Assembly (NCBI GenBank): GCA_043228905.1
Contig: JBHGNT010000007.1
Coordinates: forward strand, 8,928,001 to 8,992,000
Reading direction: 5' to 3'
Source of the DNA: Azolla caroliniana
Taxonomy: Eukaryota; Plantae; Polypodiophyta
Length of the DNA: 64,000 nt
Position numbers and translations under genes: made by a program. Shown here piece by piece: positions 12,201-22,701 of the stretch (position 1 is the first letter of the stretch; each line of letters begins with the position of its first letter). The notes beneath the pieces were generated by a model. That model made no database searches. It had not been told where the DNA came from and saw nothing but the letters and a program-made list of their open reading frames with translations.

Positions 12201-13104
12201 ACGAGTAAGGCTTTGATTTTCTGTTCTGTTTGTTGATATCAATTGTTGAATATATTTAGCCATAATATTCAATGTAGCCTCAGATAAGTAGTTTAATATA
12301 AAAGCTTCTAAACATGACATGCAGCTAGGATCCAAGGTCCTCGAAGATTTTGATTTTATTGCTATGAATGCAAAGTTCAATAAGCAAGAAGTATGGGATG
12401 AACTATTGAAGGGAAAATCCACAGAGAGACATTTAATGAGAGGAAGAAATTTACCTCCTGACTGTGTAGAGGGGGCAACAGAAATAAAGGATGCTGAGAC
12501 GCCAATAAAGGTATCCTCTTTCATGTACATTCGACTGTCAGTCCATAGCATGAATTCAGTTTCAATATTCTCTCCGATGTACTTGTTGCGTTAAGTGGAA
12601 TAGGACGTCAAATGCTTGGTCAATGTCATATCAGCTCAAGCAATTTGAATTGGTGTAGATTATGCAAAAAACAAGCTAACTTCTTTCATGTATTTTCTTA
12701 ATTTCATACAGTCGGTTTATGTAAAAGATGACTTCTTTGATTCGTTATCTTATGGTGCTCTTGATCATGAGCATGGCAAACCTGAGCATCTGAAGTTCTC
12801 TGAGCAGCAAAAGATAGACAAAGAGGTCTAATTTTTCTTTGTTCTTCCAAAAACCTTTAAGAAAATAAAATATTACAGGCATGTCTTGTATACATCTTTT
12901 TGGAATTGTTTTGGCGAGGTTTGATATCATTTTTTCTTGTTACTTATCCAGACATTTGGAAATATTCGGTTGAGGAATAGATATCAACATGGTAATGCCC
13001 ATCGTGAGGGGCGGGGAGGCCACTCAGGGCATCGACTAGGTCAAAGCATGGGTCGGGGAAATAACTTCAGATATCAGAGTATCAGGAATGAAGGAAAGAT
13101 ATAG
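6087..13104 (+). CDS. DCP5: LSM14/Scd6-family mRNA decapping cofactor (Decapping 5-like), 8 coding exons, 546 aa
   Basis: Exons 6087-6213, 9871-9971, 10049-10117, 11230-12045, 12130-12204, 12325-12510, 12712-12825 and 12952-13104 have GT..AG introns and splice in frame (1641 nt). LSm14 domain [18 protein letters not shown]...[10 protein letters not shown]...[16 protein letters not shown]; RGRGRG; FDF motif [14 protein letters not shown]; FFD box KDDFFDSLS; TFG box ETFG; RG-rich C-terminus. Confidence 0.95.
8513..8772 (+). repeat. Tandem duplication, 129-bp unit x2, in DCP5 intron 1
   Basis: GTGAAT(C/G)TGGCTAGATTGCAC...GGCATCACGAGAG at 8520 and 8649, near identical. Confidence 0.92.
9871..9971 (+). 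CDS. DCP5: DCP5-like exon 2
   Basis: CAG acceptor; (V)[33 protein letters not shown]; donor GTAAGT. Confidence 0.95.
10049..10117 (+). CDS. DCP5: DCP5-like exon 3
   Basis: TAG acceptor; [23 protein letters not shown]; donor GTATG. Confidence 0.93.
10300..10760 (+). repeat. Four degenerate repeats arranged as a 227-bp higher-order duplication in DCP5 intron 3
   Basis: CTAGTTGCTAATTTATGCAAAA-like core near 10302, 10449, 10529 and 10676. Confidence 0.8.
11230..12045 (+). CDS. DCP5: DCP5-like exon 4 (Ser/Pro-rich linker)
   Basis: 816-nt open exon in frame with ORF 11269-12111; ends QPLLPLP...LIQ; donor GTTAG. Confidence 0.88.
12130..12204 (+). CDS. DCP5: DCP5-like exon 5 (RG box)
   Basis: [25 protein letters not shown]; donor GTAAGG. 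Confidence 0.85.
12325..12510 (+). CDS. DCP5: DCP5-like exon 6 (FDF motif)
   Basis: [27 protein letters not shown]...; donor GTATC. Confidence 0.92.
12712..12825 (+). CDS. DCP5: DCP5-like exon 7 (FFD box)
   Basis: [14 protein letters not shown]...[11 protein letters not shown]. Confidence 0.92.
12952..13104 (+). CDS. DCP5: DCP5-like exon 8 (TFG box, C-terminus)
   Basis: [11 protein letters not shown]...GRGG...KI then TAG at 13102-13104. Confidence 0.92.
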   Translation, partial: TFGNIRLRNRYQHGNAHREGRGGHSGHRLGQSMGRGNNFRYQSIRNEGKI

Positions 13105-13769
13105 TAAGCACCATGACGAATAATTCAAACACTTGAGGTCATAATGAATTGAGGGTTTGTGGCAAATTCTTGTTGTGATTATATGCAGTTATATGCATGC
13201 ATCAATTCGCAAGGGCATGAATTTTAAGTGTTTACAGAACCTAGGCTTGACCCGATGCGTTGCCTGAGTAATGAAAAGCCAGCTTGTTCATGTTAGTTTC
13301 TATTCATCCATTTGTATCGGCGATTTTCATTTAGGCTCTTGGTTCAACAACTCCATAGCAAAAAGATTATTTTATAAAGTTTGGTATGTTGTTGAAGCTC
13401 ATATGATAAGAAACCTTCATTTAATTAGTGAGGCAAGTCCAAAGGACAATCAGTTGATGCAATATAATAAACTTGAATTGAAATGTGATGTTGTCTCACT
13501 GAAACTATCCTCTTTGTTATGGTTTCCATGGTGATTAAAACAATGAATTACATAGACCATTCTATTTGAAGATTTGTATATGCTGATGTATCTTGCTTTC
13601 CAATCCTCTAAGATTCATGCTTTTGGCATATGGCATTCAAGCCTTTAAGCTGTGATTTAGTGGTTCAACTTTGGCTTGAATAGTTCAAAGTTATTGTACA
13701 TTCAATTTTCAACTTTTCAAGAAAAGGTTTTTTTTTTAACTCAAGATGTGCTTTAGACTTCCAACATGG

Positions 13770-14071
13770 TAGACGGACGCAACGGAAGCAAAAATAAGAG
13801 TGAACCAAATTTTAATGTGGAAACCCCAAATAGGGAAAAAACCATGGGAACCATACGTTCCAAACAACTTCACTATGTTTTGAGGACAACCAAATACAAC
13901 CTCTCTAGGTTTTCACTAGAGGAGGAATGTATTTGCCTCAAGGAAACAACCTTGGTTACAACCTTCACCCGACTGAGTGGATAGAATAACATGATTACAA
14001 CTAAGTACAACCTCTCTAGGTCTTGACTAGAGGAATGTACATACCTCAAGGTAACAACCTTGGCTACAACC
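13770..14071 (-). mobile_element. Copia-type LTR fragment with internal ~70-bp duplication
   Basis: TGTGGAAACCCC...GGGAAAAAACCATGGG motif shared with the LTRs at 19404 and 46096; duplicate units near 13895 and 14006. Confidence 0.55.
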
Positions 14072-14885
14072 TGTTGGCATAAAAGGCCAACTCCTTCTAT
14101 ATATATTGTATCCTAAGTGTGAACTCGTTCTTGAGCTAGGGCTTGAGTATATAAGCTCACCCTAACATTGTAACAGATGTACTTCTAGAGTTCGAAGGTT
14201 AATGCAATATGGTCTTAGTTTGAGCAGATCTCTCTCTCCCCCCCCCCCCCTCTCTCTTTATGTAATTGTGCATATATTCACATGTGTTGTTTGCAAAACT
14301 CACTAATAGGTCCTCAACCATCTTTTGTAACTTCTACATATTATCTCCATCAAGTGGTATCAGAGCGATTTGCAGTCCGGAGGCAACAACAACGCAAACA
14401 TGAGAAGAGAAGAAACGACTGAAGGAAAGGACTAGGTCAACAAATCTTACTTCCCAAAGAACATGGCCTCTGTAGGATGTATTGATCATCCGGTGTCAAA
14501 TCGAGGCAATAAGGCATAATAATAAGCAAGCTTCGATGACAGTTGACGAATGACGTTCACTAGACAAAATAGTCAGGTCGACCATTCAAATGCATCTGGC
14601 CGAGAACATCTACTTTAGTATGGCCAAAGAGACAACGTCATTCACCTTGTGGGAGAAGCTCCAAGCCATTTATGAGAAGTAGTCCTCCTCATCAAAGCTC
14701 ATATTGATTCGACAGTTCTTCAATGTGAAGATGAGAGAGACAGATCCGACGACCTCCCACATTAAACCTTCAACTGGGTGTTATCTGAATTCTCCTCCTA
14801 AGGGATCAACTTCGAAGAAGAAGTGAAAGCCCTTGCCTTACTTTCGAGTTTGTCGGCGAGTTGGGAGGTATTTTGCACGACATTT
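14072..14885 (+). mobile_element. Ty1/copia 5' LTR (14072-14352), Met-i PBS and gag; continues at 29721 after a 14.8-kb nested insertion
   Basis: TGTTGG...CATCA, then TGGTATCAGAGC at 14355; gag-like LWEKLQAIYEK...LIRQFFNVKM...LLSSLSASWE. Confidence 0.85.
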
Positions 14886-15283
14886 TGAAAAGATTGATGT
14901 GCGGAAGCTTAACAGAACACAACTGGCTCAACCAGACAAAATTAGAGAAAACACAAAGAATCAATGGAGAACTCGGAAGAGAGAGAGAGAGAGAGAGCAG
15001 GAAAACACAGAAGCTCAAATTCAAAATAATATGTTCTCTATACAAACAAATGTGCTCATAGAGCACTTTTATACGTCCTTAGAGGACGGTCAAAAGTACT
15101 GACAAGTACTTTAATGCTCATAATTGAGCTACTGACACTAACTCCTAAACTTTTAACTACCTACTAAACTAGGAGCGTAGACCTCTAATAGCCTATCAGC
15201 TCCCCGTGGATCCGGTTCTCCAATCCGGGCCTAGCCAATCGGTTTTCATCTGATTTGCTCTCGGCTTATTCAGCCAATCCAGT

Positions 15284-15669
15284 TGTGAAGAATTGGATAT
15301 GATTCTTGTGAAGCGGAAGAGATGTGAGTTATGTGTGTGTGTATGAAAGAGAGAGAGAGTGAGTGAGTGAGAGAAACACAGAGAATACGCAAGGTAAAGT
15401 ATATTAACAAAGGAGAAAGACTCAATACAATACAAGGTAGGAGGAGGGTGCTTTATATAGTCACCCTCTCTCTTCATTAACTACAAGACTCATGGAGCAT
15501 GGGGAATGTGAAAGCTCATAAGTTATGTGTCATAGAATATGATTCTATGACTCATACTAAATGCTAGAATACAAAGAGGTGACATAATGGTGACTCTTGA
15601 CCATTGGAGTGTCTATTCACTCTCAAGGTGAGTTCACACACTAGACCAAGTTGAGCTTGATTCTCAACA
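15284..15669 (-). mobile_element. Solo LTR inserted in the family A 3' LTR
   Basis: TGTG...CAACA; degenerate TSD CCAGT/CCGGC; reverse complement matches LTR 30167-30560. Confidence 0.8.
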
Positions 15670-16659
15670 CCGGCCAATGTTTAGCTTGCTTCTCAACACT
15701 CTCCCTCAAGCTCAACTTGAGGTTCCTCTTGCTCTACCAGTTCCTCGCCTCGGCTCCTCTTGCCAGCTTGTCTCTTGGCACACGCTCCTCGACCCATGTA
15801 GTCCCGGGCTCCTCAACCCGTTTGGTCCTGCGCTCTTTGACCTCCTCGGTCGGCTTGTCTGCTCTTTAAGCTTTCCTCAACTCGCTTGTTGTCATGATAT
15901 TGGCGCCCCTCAACTCGTCTAGTCCATTTCAATGTTGGGTTTGGCTACCCTCTCATTCGCTTGGCCTTTATATGATTCGGCTCTCCCGAATCGAACTTCT
16001 CGATCGAATTGATTGTCTCCAATTCATCCTCCTTCAAGCCCTTTACCACATCCGACCATGTCTTGGTCCTGACCTTTTTCTTCCAGTCGGCTCTGTCCTT
16101 CTTGACTCTTCCATCTTTGCCACCTGCTCTGGCTCTTCTGGATGGTTCGACTTCCTCGGTCGATTTGGCTTCTTCTTGGGCTTTCCCTTTGCCTTCGGTT
16201 GGCTCTTTCTCCGGCTCATCATCATCATTATCATCACAACGGTTGTTCTTCCTAGCTGCTCTCCCCCTCAAGTGTGGCACGTCAAGGTGTTAGATACCAA
16301 GCATCTCTGAGAAATGTTGCAACTTGTCCAATCCGAGTGCCTTGGTGAAGATGGCGGCCACCTACCGATCTGTTCGAACATACCAGAGTTTGACTTCATT
16401 GCTCTGGACCCGCTCGCGCACAAAGTGATAATGCACTTTGATGTGCTTCATGCGAACATGGAATACGGGGTTCTTGGCTAGTTGCATGCTACTGATGTTG
16501 TCGTAGTGGATCGGGATTGGAGTGGGAACATCGACCCATAAGTCCTGCAACAGCCATCAGAGCCATATAGCCTCACAAGTTGTGATGGTGGTGCGTCTAT
16601 ACTCAACTCGGTGCTTGACAAGGCCAATGTCGGCTGCTTCTTGCTACTCCAGGTTGCAG

Positions 16660-19403
16660 CTACGCTCACGAGAGAGAACATGAAACCTTCGTGGTGCTTG
16701 TCCCTCTCCGCCTTCGTTTGGCAATGTGCAGCCACTTCCGCGTCGAACTTGTCCTGAATTGCCTTGACCGCCTTACGGGCTTTTGCCTGAATGTTTGTTT
16801 CTCTGTCTGAGGACTGACGGAGTTCTGACCTAAGGCGGTTGATCTCAGACTCAGCTAGCACCGTAGCCCTTTTTGCCTTAGCCATTATTGCTGCTTGGGC
16901 CTCTGCCTCCTCTCGTAGAATCTGTAGTTCAGTTGCTTGGGAGGCAGGAGCGGAAACTGGTTGTGCCATTGGTGCACTGTTTTCTAGCTCTGTAATACGT
17001 TGTTACGCTTTATTCAACTACTCTTGGGTTACTTTTACGGTTTTCCACATGTTTTTGTTCTTGATAGCCATATCTTTGACGCCTAGGATGACCTTTGCCA
17101 ACTCCCTATGAACCTTTACTAAGGCCGTGTTACGTGGCGAGAGTTTGATCCCTACGCGGCGACGCGGCGAACACTCGCGTTTCTTTTCCTACCTACCCTT
17201 CGCCTTCGCTTTCCATCGTCTATGTCAGAGCACGCTCAATCATTTATTGTTCGGCGTGATCTTCGGCCATTCGCTGGGACACCTTAATCTGTTGTGTCGC
17301 CAGGAACTCCATGAGTTCATAAGTTGTGCCAAATTACAAGAGGGTGCCGAATTCGTAGGCCGTGTCCGGGATGTCGGGGTAGGACAAAACTTCGCTTTCC
17401 GTAGTCAACACGCCCTTACCACATTTCGACTGTCCGGTTATTATTGGCCATGGTTCGGACATCAACTCTAATGTTGTGGTGGCCTCTGTAGGGGCGGATT
17501 TTTAAACGCATGGGGATGTATCTTTCACAAGTACGCAATCGTCCTTTCTATCTAGGCTCATGCACTTGGGTTTCGGGCTTCTGCATGCCGTCTCTTGCTC
17601 GACCTGGGACTATGTTGGTTGTGCTTCGCCGGGGTGGCTTCTGTTTCACGCGGGTTTGCTTCTTCCTCCCATTCTGTCTCCTTGAGGCCAGCTAGTCTTC
17701 GTTTTGCTGACCGTGGTGTGGGTGTCTGGCGGCTTGTTTCCGGGGCGGGGAGGCCACAGAGGGGGAATAGTACTGTAAAGTACTGCTTGATAGGGCGAAG
17801 CTTTTTTCCGCCCTCTATCAGTGTTGGTCCTGTGATGAATCCCCAGTCAATGGAATGCCCTCGAACGTGTCCGTGACGATGCCTGCTTTCTACTTTGGCA
17901 TCCCATAGGCATTAGTATGTACGAACCCTACTACCAACAAGAACTTTTCCACTTCCCGAAAGAATGGGTTTGGGATATCTCGTGTTCTGTATGCCTTCGC
18001 GGAGGTTAAATATTCTCCAAAGTACTGTTGAAGGGCTCCGGGGAATTTCGAAGTGACGTTCACCACTTCCAGATAAACCCGGCTTCTTCCTAATACTAGT
18101 GTTTATGATGGTGTCGACATTGAGTTTCTTGGCCACCTCTTGTGCATCGGGGTGTGGTGGAGCTTCTACTACCTAGATGCAGCCTTCAAAGCCGTTGTCA
18201 TGTAACCATCGCCACAGGACCGGGGAGATAAAGATCGGCATGTCGTCCCGTCGAGATGCGCGGGTAGAGCTACTAGCGGGCAAGGATCACAAGCTTATCC
18301 GTCTGTGATGGCCCAAGGAGGGTGGGGAGTGAGGAGAGCGAGGAGAGCAAGGAAAGCAAGGAGAGCGAGGAGAGCGAGAAGAGTAGATAGGGTGGGAGCG
18401 CCAATTGTCTTCTTTTTGTGAGGATGATAAGTTAGGGTTCAAGAGTCGGCGAATCATTGTGTGGATGCGTGTTCTCTCTTCCTTGGAAAGTGTGCATGCA
18501 TGTAGTGCCTTTAATAGTTGTGATTTTCCTTCCATATTTTATTATTATTATTTTCTTTCATTTCAGACCTAACAGTTACAACTAGTTTTAAAGTACATTA
18601 ATGTTACATGCTTACCAGTGGGCCCCGTTTAGTGGCCGTTTCGTTCTACCAAGGAAACAACCCAATTATCTTCATCGGCACAAAGCGGGTTTGGCGGTGT
18701 GGGTCCCAAATACGGCTTTAATCGAAAGTCGTTGACTTTTTGACGCAAAACTTCCCTTGCCAGGGTGCCTAGTTCAAATGTCCTGTTCTCAGCTCCTATT
18801 ATCCAGTATGGCCCTGTCCATCGGAAACGCAGTTTCCCCAACATCTGTCCCATGCATGTTTGGAAAACTAAGACGTCTTTCCCAATTTTAAAATGCTTCT
18901 GATTGGTGCCACCGTGCCGGTCTACGAATACCTTCCGCCGCCGCTGCTCATGCTCGAGAATCGTCATGTTGTGGACCCTAGCTTCGCCCAATTCGAGTAG
19001 TTGTTGTAACCGAATTTGCTCAGACTGGTCCTCCAACAGTCATTCGCGGACCTGTATTCGTAAACTTGGTATCTGAAATTCTATAGGCATTACAGCTTAC
19101 AGCCCAAACGCTAGGCGGAATGGTGTTGATTGGACGCTGATTTTGAAGCTCGTACGGTCTACCCATAAGGCGCTGTGCAACTTCATGTCCCAATCCGTGC
19201 GGTTGTCGTTGACGATCTTTTTCAAGATATTCTGAAGTGTTTTATTCGTCGACTCCGCGAGACCATTTTCCTGTGGATAATACGGCGTACTCTTCTTGTG
19301 TACCATGGCGTAATGTTTAGTGAGATCGTAAATGACCATATTCAAGAAATGGCTTCCTTGATCGCTGATGAGCTCGATAGGACAGCCAAAACGCCACCAA
19401 ATA
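16660..19403 (-). mobile_element. Ty3/gypsy fragment: integrase core and C-terminus (18629-19403) followed by a long decayed extra ORF (18535 to ~16660)
   Basis: RFGCPIELISDQGSHF, STPYYPQENGLAESTNK, GKLRFRWTGPY. Confidence 0.85.
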
Positions 19404-22159
19404 TGTGACGCGGAAATGATGCTTGGCCACAATCGAGTCTTAAAACAACGAATGGAAGAGAGCAAACTGAAAATAAGATGACACAGAATGTTAATGTGGA
19501 AAACCCTAAATGGGTAAAACCACGGGTGCCCATAGACTCCAACTATCACTATGAGGAGTGGAATACAATGTGAGACTCAGAGGCAACGACCTCGAGCTCT
19601 ATGTCTTTGCCAACCGGCGGTTACAACAGAAACTAGTTCTGTATCTCTCTCTCTCTCGCTTGCTCACACTCTGTGTACAATGATGATACAACCACTACTA
19701 CACCATATTCACATAAAGTGATTGCCCTAAGTCATATTTATACTTATATGAATTTTGGGTTATTTACAAATATAACCTCAATCGGCTAACCATGAAACAT
19801 ATTTACACATATGTCCTTGGATCCGGTTTGCACCGGATCCATCCGGATTCACTCAATCCAGTTTCCAGGTCTCATCCGGAACCCTTCCGGATCCGGTTCC
19901 TTCATCCAATTCGTCCGATCTGGCTCCTCCGATTCTCATCCAGATCCCATCCGGAGGGACCTTGGTATGGGATTTCTCGTTAATCTGATCCGTTTCCAGC
20001 ACGTGTCTAGTTTATCAGTTGACAGCACCTTGGTCAGCATATCTGATCCATTCTCCTCCATGTGGATCTTCGTCAACACGAAGTCTTGATTTTCTACTCT
20101 CTAGTGATACCTCCGTTGGATGTGCTTCGTACAGGAATGGTAGGCCGCATTCTTCGCAAGGTGGATGACACTTTGACTATCGCAGTAGAGCCGGAATTCC
20201 TCCTGCCAAATCCCTAGCTCTCCAATGAAGTCCTTCATCCAAATTATCTCCTTGTCGGCTTCCACAGCTGTCATGTACTCTGCTTCCGTTGTTGACAGTG
20301 CAACGGATTCTGCAACCTTGACGACCATGATACAACTCCCCCTGCATAAGTCATGACATATCCGGATGTAGACTGGCTAGTATCCGCATGAGCTGACATA
20401 TCCAAATCCGTGAATCCGTCAAGTTGGGGTTTACCGGAGTCAAACTGGAGGCACATACTTGAGTTGCCTTTCAGATACCGGAGGCACATACTTGAGTTGC
20501 CTTTCAGATACCGGAGTATCCACTTGACCGCGTTCCAGTGCTCTCTTCCTGGATTGCTCATGAACCGGCTGACCACTCCGACAACATATGCAATATCCGG
20601 CCGGGTGCACACCATGGCGTACATTAAGCTTCCGACGACAGAGGCATATGGTATCTTCGTCATATCCAACTTCTCTGCCTTTGTCTTTGGGCTTTGATTT
20701 CAAGACAACTTGCAATTTTTTGGAAGTGTCGATCCGACCGGTTTCGCCTCCGACATGTTGAACCATTGAAGCACCTTTGTCACGTACTTCTCTTGTGACA
20801 ACCACAACAATTTCTTCAACCGGTCCCAGATGATGTGCATCCCCAAAATCTGTCTTGCCGGACCCAAGTCTTTCATTGAGAAGGTTCGGTTTAGGGCCTT
20901 CTTCAACATTCCTATCTTGACTTGGTCTCATCTGACGATCAATATGTCGTCCACATACACGAGCAATATCAGGAAATCTCCTCTGTCAAATTTCTTCACA
21001 AACACGCAATGATTAGCTTGCGTCTTGTCGTACCCTTGATCCATCATGAAGGAGTTAAACTTCCGGTACCATTGTCGGGGAGCTTGCTTCAAGCCGTATA
21101 GGCTCTTCTTCAACCGGCAAATCAGGTGCTCCTTCCCTCTCTCCACAAATCCTTCCGGTTGCTACATGTAGATTTCTTCTTCGAGGTCACCATGGAGGAA
21201 TGCAGTTTTGACATCTAGTTGCTCTAACTCCAGGTTCATGCTTGCCGTTATGCTCAATACCGTCCGGATGGATGACACCTTTACTACCGGGGCAAAGATC
21301 TCGTCGAAATCCACACCTTTGTTCTGTTGGAAACCCTTCACCACGATCCGGGCTTTGTACCTTGGTGGATTTCCAGCATCTCCCGGTTTCAGCTTGTACA
21401 CCCACTTGTTCCGAAGTGCCCTCTTTCCTTTCAGCAACTCCGTCAGTTCGTATTTGTGGTTCTCATTCATGGAACCCATCTCGTCCTACATGGCACTCAA
21501 CCACTTGCGGTTGTGGGTGTCTTTCTTTGCTTCTTCGAAGTTTTCCGGCTCCCCCTCATCGGTCAGCAATACGTGCTCTGCATCCGGAAATCTCTGGGGG
21601 GCTCTTCTCTCTCTAAGGGGGTATCTCCGCCTTTGCTCTTCAACTACCGGTTCCTCCGTTTATTCTTCATCTGAATTTGATTCGGGGTCTTGTCTGGTTC
21701 CAGTGTCGGCTTCCTCTTCTTCTTCTTCGGTCGGTTCGGTTTCAGCTCCGAATTTGGCCGGTTCGTCGAGTGTCATCCGGCTAACATCCGGTTTTCAATC
21801 GGGTAAGTCCTTGTGTCCTCAAGCCGGTTTTCATTGGATGATCCGGAGTTCATCACCTTCTTCTCCGACTCCCAGTCGGCAATGGTCCTGTCTTCCATGA
21901 AGACTATGTCCTGACACCGGAACACCTTCTTGTCGACCAGATCCCACACTCGGTAACTGAACTCATCGTCGTCGTATCCGAGGAATATGCATGGGCTAGA
22001 CTTCGCATCCAGCTTTGCTCTCTTGTCCTTTGCAACATGCATATAGGCGAGACACCCGAACACCTTCAGATGCCGGTAAGACACGTCTTTACCGGTCCAT
22101 ACTCTCTGTGGTGTGTCTCCGTCCAAGGGTGTTGAGGGTGATTTGTTTATCACATACAT
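19404..22159 (-). mobile_element. Ty1/copia (Tnt1/Tork-like) 3' half: integrase C-part, RT, RNase H and 3' LTR (19404-~19960)
   Basis: RYKARIVVKGFQQ, QLDVKTAFLHG, LKKSLYGLKQAPRQW, LVYVDD, ALSTTEAEY; LTR homologous to 46096-46621; stops and frameshifts. Confidence 0.92.
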
Positions 22160-22639
22160 TGTCGTAGTGTAATTCACACACTACGTGAAATATGTAGAAA
22201 AAAAAAATCTGATTGTAGTACGCATAAATAAATAAAAGAAAATATTAAAAATATTGTTACATACATAGGGCAAGATTCTAACCCTGTACCTCCATGTTAA
22301 CGATTTTAAGCCTTACCGTCGTACTAGCATATTATGAGCTTTAATGTTATACTAAACTTTATCCCATGTAAATATTCTAGATAAGCATGATAGAAAAAGT
22401 AATAAGGATTGATTAATATAAAATATTCTTGGGATTCACAATTTTGCCATCTATTTCTCTCTTACAATCTAAGAATCAATTAATACACTATACTCGTGGG
22501 ATTCACGATTTTCATATCTTCTTCTTGCAATCTTTTCCTAACTAACATTATATCATATTCTTCTTTCTCCTAGTCCAAAATCCCAGCGGTTCCCACCCGA
22601 CTCACGCAAACGATCCGACGCTGAAAGGCACGACACAAG

Positions 22640-22656
22640 TGATGAACCCGACGTGA
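22640..22656 (+). promoter_or_regulatory. Primer-binding site complementary to tRNA-Trp
   Basis: TGATGAACCCGACGTGA versus TGGTGAACCCGACGTGA, the complement of the plant tRNA-Trp 3' end as I recall it; 4 nt after the 5' LTR. Confidence 0.75.
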
Positions 22657-22701
22657 AACCTAGGTTGCAAGGAGACGGAAAATCAACCGAAAACTAACAA
22701 T

